Shown here in pieces: positions 35,301 to 45,904 of a DNA stretch of 64,000 nucleotides. Source of the DNA: Perkinsus chesapeaki ATCC PRA-425. Its lineage: Eukaryota; Protista; Perkinsozoa. The position numbers and the translations under genes were made by a program. The notes below the pieces were generated by a model that was not told where the DNA came from, did not search any database, and was given only the letters and a program-made list of their open reading frames with translations. The first letter of the stretch is position 1, and each line of letters starts with the position of its first letter. The stretch is from the NCBI GenBank assembly GCA_013115145.1, contig JAAPAO010000011.1, positions 62,001 through 126,000 of the forward strand, written 5' to 3'.

Positions 35301-38300
35301 CACGAGCAAATGGTTCAACGCAGAAGAGCTAACAATGTCACTCGACGTCCAGCTGTTCTTGCAGGTGTGTCCTCATTAAAGCCTAGAGGGATATCTATGT
35401 CGGCTCAGATAGTCGGTTGTGGCATACCCCACCCGTACCTTGACGAGTACCTGGTGTCGGGCTCCCGGTCCAACCTCAAGGTCGGCGACTTGCCTCAGGA
35501 TGTGAAGGACCATCTCACAAATCCGTTTACATTAAGCGATGCTCGCAACAGACGAGCTAAGAGCTTCGCTCAGATCAAGTAAGAGCAGCCAGAGAAATTG
35601 GGGTCTTCCATGACTGGTTCCTGTGCAGACAGCTCTTGTCCCTCCTCGCTCGCCTGAGCCTAGTGAAGCTCGGGAAAGCATCTGAGGTTGACCCAGACCA
35701 CCACCCGGGAGAGGACGGCATTGTGTAGGCAATAAATGGTCTATAGGGGCGAATCGACTGTGCAGATACACCGCCTGCGATAAGGTCATTCTCAAACCCT
35801 TCCTGCCGGCAGCAGATGCGCCGGAATCGCTGCTACAGGAGATCAGCGACTCAGAGCAGGTAAGACTGTAGACCTGCGGACGGGCGGAATTCGGCGACAG
35901 GATCCTGATGGTGAGGAGTATGTCTTCTTCGATCCAAACGAGACGCCCCCATCCTCACCGGGATCTGAAAACAGGGACACGATGGACGCCTGTAATGATG
36001 ACGCATTCCTGTGATACCAGGGGAGCGCGTTTATGATTGTAGGCGAGGATTATTGGAGCACACTGCAGCGTAACTCCCTACGTTGGCGTAGGAAGGTTAT
36101 GAATGCTGTGGAGAAGGTGAATGAGCAGCAGGGCATTGAGAAGAAGCCGAGAGCCAAACACTCATCCGAGGTATTCTCGAAGGGACGAGGCCAGCTGGTA
36201 AGCGCCGCAGTGTGGTGGTGAACTCAAGTGTGCCTTTTAGCCGCTCGATTGCGATGTCTCCGAGCTCTTTTTCCGCAAGAATTGGACTGGTACCTTGTAC
36301 GTATCGGCCACTCAAAGGAATGCCCTGGAGCAGCTGCTGAAGCAGCTATCCGAGGAACCCATCGACGAGTCGTATCTGGTCAATGGAGTGCGTGTGGTGG
36401 ACGCCTCGAACCCGCTCGTCAAGGCAACTTGCCTCGAGCACAATATAGACCTCCACGTTGCTCTTAAGTACCTTCGACGCAGAGTCCTTCTTAGTGGAGA
36501 AAAAGGAGACACGTTCAAGCAGACTGTGGACTTCGTACCGGTACATGCTGTCCGCTACAAGTGCCACATATGTCATTTCCTTACCAGCCACAGGGTGGCT
36601 ATCCTCAGCCACTACCGTGCCAGGCATGGTTATCAGGAGCTCCCTGATGATCCGACGCTTTACACGGCAAAGCACTTCATCCAAACGGTTCTGAATAGTG
36701 CTGGTGCGAGCTCCCGCCACAACTACAAGGAGCTCATCAACTCCCAAGCACTTCCAGATCAACCTCGCCCACATAAGCGCAGGAGACGGAACAGGTCTCA
36801 AGCTATGCAACAGCTGGATGAGCTCCCTGCTGATGAATCTTCAGCGGAGCCGAGCGGAGGAGGAGCCCCCGAGCCTCGAATGTCATCCTTCGAGGTTGCC
36901 CTTTTCAAGTTCTACTTGGCCACGGCCAAGCGCCTTGTGGACTATCGCGAACCTGCCATTGTGACCAGCGAGGTTCCAGAGCCACATCATAGGATCTGGA
37001 GCATCATTGCAGCTATCGTTGGTAAAACTCCACAGGAGTCCTACCATCTGGCACTCCGGTCAGCCCGCGGGAGGACTACTAATAAATCTGGTATGAGCCA
37101 TGGCGTGTACAACTACCTTCCATTGGGATACGAGAGCTCTACTGCTCCAATCAATGTGGTCCCGTCTTACCTCAACTCCACCAACGACCTCCTCAGCGAC
37201 TCTGTTCTGTCGGCTCTAACTCGAATGATTCTCCTTACACCGAACACCTCCTACAGCAGCCATGCCACGAGGCACTCCCTCTTCCGTATGGGATACAAAG
37301 AGGAGGACATCCGAGTTAGCTTCCAGCTCTGGCACGCTCGAGGCATGGTGGGAAGAGCTCGACGGGCTGACTTTGCTGGAAGGAAGTTCATGCTATCAAA
37401 TGTGGCTCGCATGGCCGTATACGGCAAAGCAGCGGACGTAGGAGAATCGCCTAAAGTAGCCCGGTGCTTAACGTGTTCATTCAGATCTCCCTTCTGAGAG
37501 ACGGACTGGCCTGTTTGGAGGGAGATGCCGACTCTGCTGGAGTTGTACACGCCGAGCCCAGCGGCAGTTGGATGCAGGTATCGAATTTTTAACAATTGCG
37601 ACAAGATATCATTTTTGGTTGTAGGTGCTTGCAAACTGTGTCGCCCAAGGCCGAGTCACTCTGGACTGCATTTGGTTCCATGAAGGGAACAAGCCTTTTC
37701 CTGGCAGCCAAGGCGATGCGCCGATACCGAACGTAGAGGAAGAAGAGCATCAAAGTGACGCTGAAGATGATGAACTAATGGAAGATAATGAAGACAATGA
37801 CGAGGGAGGTAGCGCCGTCACGGGTGGGTTTAGTGGCATTCGTATATTAGCAGGTGGCCAGCAGATCTTCGTTGGTATCAGAAAGCATTTGGAGCTCACG
37901 CAGAGACCTGGTGGACCAGATGCCAACATCTCAAAACCGCCTCAAGTCATGGAGGCTGTCTCATGGGAAATCAACGAGGATGAAGAGGACCGCGCGTCTG
38001 ATGAAGGTAGCGGCAGTACGGGTTGCTGCTCCCCGTCTGAAGGCGTGCTCGTTAGGCGATCATGGAACCTCGGCTTCGGAGTTCCAACGTGTTATCATGG
38101 AAGTGGCTCAGCATGCTTCGGAATTCAATCCTGCCGGTTACGGTGTCGTAGCTAAGGGTGATGTTGTCATGAGCACTCCGGAGATGGCAGAGGAGCAGGT
38201 CACTCAGGAAAACTACAAGGTGAGGAGATGATGGTATCTCTGGAATGAGGGAGATGTTTCGGCAGGAGAAGGAATACGAGAGAGCCTCCGAGTGGTCACC

Positions 38301-39225
38301 AGCCTGGACGAAATTCATGAAGGAGGAGTATCCAACACTGGACGCGAAAAAGACTCTCGATGCTGCAAGCTGGCTGCTTCACAGGGTCGACGCTGATGTC
38401 AAAAGGACCGCCCCTCTATTGATCGAGCATTCGGAGGTAGCAGACAAGCGATTACGTTGTTTGTGCAGCGTATCACAGGTTGATCTTAAGGAGAAGTACG
38501 GCAAGGCAATGAAGCAAAAAAGGCGTCGTTGGCCTGATTTCGACAAGGTGGTTGAAATACTAGAGAAGCTCCGTCTCACTACCAGAATCGCATCAAACAC
38601 CACTGACAATACTGGATGGATGATCTTGTCGGCGGAGCATGCTATGAAGTCTTCCTTCGGTCGTTATGGTCGCAAGGAAGAATATCATCCCAGTGCACCT
38701 GCCGAGGTATCTTTGCTGGCAGATATGATCAGCAAAGCTTCTCCTCTATTCAAGCGACTTTGGATGCCCGATGAAGCCTCGACTCGGACTGTTCAAGCAG
38801 CGTGCAATGTTCTCCAGGCGGCCAAGTTGGAAATCACTAAAAGTGCCAAGACCGGATTCCCAACGAGATTCCTTCCCGACGATTTTGTCCCGCTGTCGTC
38901 CTGGGTATGTGCTGGAAGCTCCACAGGACCCGGCTCTGTTAACTTTGGTGCTATTGCACAACTACTTCAGACAACCATGCTAAATCTAGAACAATCACCT
39001 GGCCTGAATTGTGTCATGATACAGGATCGCCTATCTGTGATCCCGTTATGTGAAATGCAAGTTATCCTAGAGATGCTGACCAACGGAGGCGCGGTGTATA
39101 CAGCGTGCGAAGATCTGGCCCCTCCAATCGGAGCGTGTAACGAGGGGCGCTTGTTCAGCGGAGAGGATGAGGAATCTAACATTGATGACCCCGTCTATTA
39201 TCTCAATTTGCCAACGTATTCTTAA
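32345..39225 (+). CDS. General transcription factor IIIC B-block-binding subunit (GTF3C1/Tfc3/tau138-like)
   Basis: N-terminus MLHQLIRYALEEIAYSGPPG, B-block-like LVSNARYQGLWGYQLCPLLNIDHKQLHHLTSKL, winged-helix-like VVQLLRDSPHQLLLEVDVRN...FRRCRDKLERE, DLIRASGPKGFT, ARTLRLVKEHG, KIDRKTL; long 3' exons 36295-37497 and 38245-39225. Confidence 0.75.
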
Positions 39226-39954
39226 ACTTATCAAGCCTTACTTGCTTTGTTGTGTGCAATGTGGATTCTTGCGGAGTGCAGATGTCTTTGGGAATGTGAT
39301 ACTGACAATTATGCCGCCGTAGTGTAATCATCAATCGTGTTGCTATAATACAAGAGCAATACGTCGCACACGCAGCAACAAAGTCCAAGTTAGTGGTATC
39401 GAAGTACCCAGAAGGTACTACCTACCATGACATAGTACACAAGACATAACGAACCGAAACACTACCAAAATAAGAAGTCACTATGAATTCAGCCAAGGAG
39501 CATGGCTTGTTCGATAGTGGTGCCCGATGTTACTCAATGAGCAATATCCATCCTCTATAGCTTATAAGGTGGGGGCTCCAACAGGAACACAAAAGCAAAC
39601 AGAGTATTAACCAGATTATTATAATCACCACGGTTATTGTCACTGGCAACCATGCAGTAGTGGCCTCCCGTGCACAGACGGTGAGCAAGTCTCGACCAAC
39701 TATCGAACTTAATACTACGGTTCATCTTTATGCAGCGATTATTCGAATCCTGCGAGCCGACTCAGTGAGATGGGAGTGACCGAATCTTCTCTACTCATTG
39801 TCTCTACTTATTATACGATGTCGTATTTTCTACCTATCTCGATGTAGAGCTCAAACCAGTGTCCAGAAAACACAAGGCATGCCAACATTGCGGAAGGAGA
39901 ACTAACTCGATCAAGTATGTTGGGTGGGGTCGGAGGGCAAAGTCCTATAATAAG

Positions 39955-41090
39955 TCATAACAGAGATACTCCGCAATCGCTTATCACCCAACTCTCAATG
40001 GGAATATCTTCCTCTGAGGTATGGTGCACTCAGCGCATTGGTGCAAAGAAGTGAGCAGGAAATATTACATTGTGTAGCAAGACCAGCGGAGAGTACAACC
40101 GCACAATCTAGAAAGATAGTTAGTAGAGAACAGTTAATGCAGTAGAAATAACTATTACGCAGACTTGGAAGCATGTTAGACTTCGGTTTACAGCGGTTCG
40201 TAACACCGTAGTCACCCTCCCGGCTTCGTCAGTTTGTCATTAGCCCACTTGTTGGTCACCGACTTAAGTGGCAGTTGCAATGCGGGGTCAAATTCAAACT
40301 CCTCAGTAGCTGTTATTGTCCCATAAGGTGGCGTCGTATACCGGGCAAGATGTTTAGAACACCCTCTCTCAAATCTCTCACCGAGGTTTGGTGCAATGCC
40401 GTCCCGCCTCTGCAAACGGTGAGTAACCGATGTCTTTAATCCGTAATTTCTACTGTGATAGCCAAGGATAGAAAACCTGACACCGAGTGTTACATCAAGA
40501 GCGATACTCTGGTTTCTGTTGCTGGCATCGACTAGGCACATATACGCAGCCTCGTTCACACTAGACCACGGTACACGGTCATGAAATCGCACTATCCCGT
40601 TATTGTTTATCGGCGTGCTGTGTGGATAAACCAGAATACCCAGACGCCCGACACGTATTTCAGCCATAAAAATGTCATTCACCAGCCACCAAGGGTTGTT
40701 TGCAACTGATAATAACATGGAGATGTCGGCAGACTTGCCTGGCATTGGAGGGATGTTCCGGAAATCAAGTAGCGGGTCACCCACCCGTAGAGGGGGAGGA
40801 CCGAGGTCGAAGTCAAGAACTTTGACTTCCCATCTTGCAATACATGCTTCTATTACGTACGGCATTGATGCTATCAGAAAGATACTGAGTAAAGTGCATA
40901 TTCCAATAAATACCATGATAAGGGACATCCACAGGCGGAAGAAATCAGGTTTCTCACAGTATTTCGCTTCAGGTTCTCGGTCGGGAAACGAACTGACCGA
41001 TATTTCATCACACCAACGATCTCTCATGGTAGACCGTGCGACAAGAGGATTTGTAAAGCTCGAGGTGCAGCGTTCCGCTTGGATGGGCAT
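39955..41090 (-). CDS. Type II membrane protein with a possible LEA_2/DUF3712-like beta domain, copy 1 (main exon 40212-41090; two small 3' exons inferred)
   Basis: 292-aa ORF with one TM (LWMSLIMVFIGICTLLSIFLIASM) followed by beta-strand-like segments; donor GG|gtgact and a TACTAAC-containing acceptor suggest the extension GLCGCTLRWSCYT|IEEDIPIESWVISDCGVSLL*. Confidence 0.65.
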
Positions 41091-42057
41091 GTATAAGACT
41101 CTTGTGAAGCCTAAATACTAAGCAAACAAACCGCACATCTTGCAGACAATCCCTACTAGGTCGGATGGTCTGTTCAGGTCACGTCACCCTCCGTGACCGC
41201 AGTCTTGGTCTATCTCGTTGCCAACCTACCGCGCTACTAGTTTCGTCGGCATGGGTTGTGTGAGGCTGAGAATAGAGGTTTGAGGGAAGCTCCAGCGTAA
41301 CCTCACTGACCCTCGACCGACGGAAAGTGCGGACTATGACAATCTTGCCCCTGCCCGCACTATTATCCCAATTCGTCAGGATATATGGTGACTGGTTCTT
41401 TCTATGTGCGTTTGCACGCGTACTGAATCCTGCGGTCTACAGGCTTCAACCCCCCATTCCCGAAAATATATTATTCAGGTCCTTCCGGCCTGGTGAGTCC
41501 GCAGCTCCGCAAAACATGCACATGCCAAAAAGCTATCAGAAACTCTGATAGTTTTTCATTCCGATTCAGAATAAGAGTACAAGTCGCTATGAATTCAGCG
41601 AAGGAGCATGGCTTGTTCGGCAGTGGAGCCCGATGTTACCCAATGAGCAACATCCATCCTCTATAGCTTACGAGGTTGAGGCTCCAGCAGGGTGACGAAA
41701 AGGATTACTTAGGGTTGGTACTTTGAGGTAGCTGTTCAACTTGTCCACGAAACACATTCTTAAAATCACCACGGTGATTGCGACTGACAACCTAGCAGAA
41801 GTGGCAGGTCGTGCGCAGATGGTGAGCAAGTCTTGTTGGTACTATCATCCACATTGACGCGAATGCCACAACTCGGCTTAGTGAGATTAACTGATCAAGT
41901 CTTGGTGTCGTATTCTCTACTTATCTCGCTCATCGAGACTTGGTGTAGAGCTCAAACCAGTGTCCAGTAACAACACAAGGCATGCCAACATTGCGGAAGG
42001 AGAACTAACTCGATCAAGTATGTTGGGTGGGGTCGGAGGCCAAAGTCCTATAATAAG

Positions 42058-43205
42058 TCATAACAGAGATACTCCGCAATCGCTTATCACCCAACTCTCA
42101 ATGGGAATATCTTCCTCTGAGGTATGGTGCACTCAGCGCATTGGTGCAAAGAAGTGAGCAGGAAATATTACATTGTGTAGCAAGACCAGCGGAGAGTACA
42201 ACCGCACAATCTAGAAAGATAGTTAGTAGAGAACAGTTAATGCAGTAGAAATAACTATTACGCAGACTTGGAAGCATGTTAGACTTCGGTTTATAGCGGT
42301 TCGTAACACCGTAGTCACCCTCCCGGCTTCGTCAGTTTTTCACTCTTGCACCTGTTCGTCACCCAGCAAAGAAGCACTGGCAGTGGTGATTCGGGGTGAA
42401 ATTCAAACTCCTCAATAGCTCTTATTCCCCCATAAGGTGGCGTTGAATACCGCGCCAGACTTTTTGAACACCCTCTCCCAAAGCCCTCACCGAGGTTTGG
42501 TGCAATCCCGTCCCGTCCCTGCAAACGGTGAGTAACCGATGTCTGTAATCTGTAATCTCTACTGTGATAGCCGAGGATAGAAAACCTGACACCGAGGTTC
42601 AAATCCAGAACGATGATCTGGTTTCTGTTGCTGGCATCGACTAGGCACACATACGCAGCCTCGTTCACACTAGACCACGGGACACGCTGATGAAATCGCA
42701 CTGTCTCGTTATTGTACAGCGGTGTGCTGCTGTGTGGATATAGAACAAGACTACCCAGGGGCCCAACATATATTTCAGTCACAAAAAAATCATTCACCAG
42801 CCACCAAGGGTTGTTTCCAATTGACAATAATAAAGAGATGTCGGCAGACTTGCCTGATATCGAAGGGATGTTCCGGAAATCAAGTGGCGGGTCACCCACC
42901 CAGAGAGGGGGAGGACCGAGGTCAAAGTCAAGAACTTTGACTTCCCATCTTGCAATACATGCTTCTATTACGTACGGCATTGATGCTAGCAGAAAGATAC
43001 TGAGTAGAGTGCATATTCCAATAAATACCATGATAAGGGACATCCACAGGCGGAAGAAATCAGGTTTCTCACAGTATTTCGCTTCAGGTTCTCGGTCGGG
43101 AAACGAACTGACCGATATTTCATCACACCAACGATCTCTCATGGTAGACCGTGCGACAAGAGGATTTGTAAAACTCGAGGTGCAGCGTTCCGCTTGGATG
43201 GGCAT
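42058..43205 (-). CDS. Type II membrane protein paralog, copy 2 (main exon 42315-43205)
   Basis: 296-aa ORF, N-terminal 72 aa identical to copy 1, diverged post-TM domain, same putative 3' exons. Confidence 0.65.
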
Positions 43206-43587
43206 GTATAAGACTCTTGTGAAGCCTAAATACTAAGCAGACAAACCGCACATCTTGCAGACAATCCCTACTAGGTCGGATGGTCTGTTCAGGTCACGTC
43301 ACCCTCCGTGACCGCAGTCTTGGTCTATCTCGTTGCCAATCTACCGCCCAACTAGTCTCGTCGGCATGGGTTGTGTGAGTCTGAGAATAGAGGTTTTAGG
43401 GAAGCTCCAGCGTAACCTCACTGACCCTCGACCGACGGAAAACGCGGACCTCAGGAGTCTTGGGAAATCCCCCCCCCAGTTGACAGGAGGGATGCGTACA
43501 GGAGCACTCGCTCTGTCACGGCGCTAGGAGTATGCTTGCAGGCTGTTAATTGAATCATCTTGATCCGTACAACACGGAGCAGCAGTG

Positions 43588-44058
43588 ATGAATACCCCAC
43601 CTTTCCTAACACAAATGGGGAGCCTCCTTGTCATCTTGGGCGTCAATCTGATGTTGTCAGCACCCGATGGCACCGGCCCGGCCGGCAAGGGCTACTGTTT
43701 TATCGGAAAAGTCATTGATTTGATTCAAGACTTCCCAAGGACTGGTGAATTCCGCTTATCGTTTGACAATGCTACTCACATGTCTGTCATGGTGAGCAGG
43801 CAAAGTCGTCGTAAGGGGCGCAAAGTTCTATTGTCGTCGGGAAACAATACCTTTTTCTACAACGGTACTTCTGGCATTATCAACGCTGAGGTTGAGGAGA
43901 AAGTATCTAAATATCCGTGGTACTTCTCACAGAAGAATTTCCGCTCAATGACATAAAATGAGACGGCGGATGAGGTTAAGTTGAAAGTTAGAAAACTACT
44001 GACGTTAGTTGCACCATGGTTCCTACCGAAGAAAACCAGGACTTTTGTGAGATGCTAG
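43588..44058 (+). pseudogene. Intronless secreted-type glycoprotein with an in-frame TAA at 43954-43956 (pseudogene, truncated allele or sequence error)
   Basis: Signal-like MGSLLVILGVNLMLSA, sequons NAT/NNT/NGT; the frame continues after TAA as NETADEVKLKVRKLLTLVAPWFLPKKTRTFVRC*. Confidence 0.5.
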
Positions 44059-44224
44059 TACTGTGCCTGAGAGCTGGCATTCAAGGAAGAACTTCTCAGA
44101 GATTACTGTTACAGTAATACTGTATTTCCACCGTAGAGAAAAGATCTTTGGCTTCTCGGTCTTTCTAGGGCGACTTTTCTAGGCCGACCTGAATTGAGTT
44201 GTTGAGTAACTAACCGTGGTAAGA

Positions 44225-45183
44225 TGGAAGTAGTATCTGTCCGGGAATGGGTTGCGGCCGCGTCCCAGTACGCGGCGTACCATCGCGAGCAAAGAGGAGT
44301 AGACGGGAGAGCTCCCTTACGAACATGTAGTCTAGTGTATCCCCGGTATTCAACTCATCATCTTTGATCAGGGATTAGCAGTTTAAGATAAGGGGACTTA
44401 AGTGGCATTTGATCCCAAGTTCGAAGAGCCCAAGAACAAAAATATCATTCGTTTCCATGTCCCGAAATTCGTTTTTCTCCGAGAGTAGTTAACGCTGGAA
44501 TTTTTGACCAGCTCGGTTGCAGGGTAAGCTAATTAGCCAGATATCCACTAGTCGCACCGTGTGCAAACACACGTATATCACTGCCGAGCATCCGTCCCAC
44601 CGCCGAGACTGGAACGATTATCCCGCGATAACAGCCCGTAAGAACCCTTGCCCTGGGCCCGATTGCAAGTAGGGACCTCAAAACGGGAACACAGTGTTAG
44701 GACTGATGATGTCCAGGATAGAGAACTTGAACAAAACTGGTCATTAACCACTTCATCGGAGTTGCATTGTGTTACCGGATGAACCATAAGACTCGCGGCA
44801 AGTCACTCACCAAAATGAAACTAATTGACTACATAACAGACCTGGAACTTCCAGGCTGGAAGTATGACAAGCGTCATAGCCATGATTCGTGGGGGTACCA
44901 CAACCATTCCGTTGTCTCCGGACTTAACAAGTTCCAGCCAATGAAACGATAAGGACGGGAGAGAGGCTCCTGGACGAGCAGTTCTGATCAAAGGATGTTT
45001 AGTCTCGGAGAAGTGAGATGCGATGATCCTTGGAGAACTAGACACAACTATGAGAAGCTTCGTGAGATAGCATACGCGCTCCTTTGCAACGCCTTGGAGA
45101 GCAAGGACTTCAATTTGGACAGAAGAACGAAATTGAAGTTAAGGAACCAATCCTCGTCTAGGAGCTTCAATTTGGATGGATGA
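44225..45183 (+). pseudogene. Possible fragmented or multi-exon hypothetical gene
   Basis: Several protein-like open segments in different frames (MEVVSVREWVAAAS..., QFKIRGLKWHL...GIFDQLGCR, VINHFIGVALCYRMNHKTRG..., YEKLREIAYALLCNALESKDF) that I could not join consistently. Confidence 0.3.
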
Positions 45184-45421
45184 GAGGATGAGGAACCTCA
45201 ATGTAGATACAGTGCTTTTGGAACTTCAATTTGCAAAATTGGTAAAATAATTTCGAGGTGAGAAGCTTCAATGAGAATAAGTCATTATAACTCCAGTCTA
45301 GGAGCATGGTTTGTTCGATAGTTGTGCCGGATGCTTCTCGTTAGTTGGAATCTAAGTTAGGAATAGGCGTTGTTGACATTCAAGGCAGTATGAACTGTAG
45401 CGTCCATGCGAAGGGGAAGAT

Positions 45422-45904
45422 TCACTCAACCACTTCACATAATTCACACACGAGCGGGCACCGCGACGAAGGCGCTGCTTGCTTCACGCAACCAACATCT
45501 GATAACAACTTTTCTTTCCATGCTTGCTTTAGGGATGTATTCGAGTTTCGCTGACCCTCGTTTTCAATGCCCCTTACTGAAATAAGATGCCTAATGCTTT
45601 TCCGATAAGCCAACTTGACAAGTAACTCAACAATGCGATCTACAGTGAAAAGGTAATAAAAACGATACGAAGTCAGCACTGATGGTAAACGAATCGTGTG
45701 TACGTTAATCCCTCACGCACCGGCGTCACATCCATCATGTAGGATGCTCGCCACTCCCTCCTGATCAATCTTATTCAAGATCTCATCTTTAATCATTGCA
45801 ATAACCTCCTTAATGAGACATTCACGCTCACCAGTCATAGACTCAATTGACTTGAAGAACTGTACGTCACCTCCGAGTACATTGATGAAATTCCGCCAAG
45901 TCAT
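45422..45904 (-). CDS. Two-exon open frame immediately after, and in frame with, the WD40 ORF stop (C-terminal extension or separate small gene)
   Basis: MTWRNFINVLGGDVQFFK...HDGCDA joined by a 42-nt gtgcgt...cag intron (45720-45679) to VLTSYRFYYLFTVDRIVELL...CPLVCELCEVVE*. Confidence 0.55.

Larger units (their letters stand above)
39475..43450. repeat. Tandem direct duplication, period about 2.1 kb (copy 1 about 39475-41335, copy 2 about 41581-43450)
   Basis: Long near-identical stretches, e.g. 39843-40230 vs 41943-42333 and the 5' halves and upstream regions of the two ORFs. Confidence 0.95.

Noticed and set aside
40672-43236. Plus-strand ORFs 40672-41121 and 42712-43236
   Set aside because: They are antisense to the duplicated membrane genes and conserved only because of the duplication.
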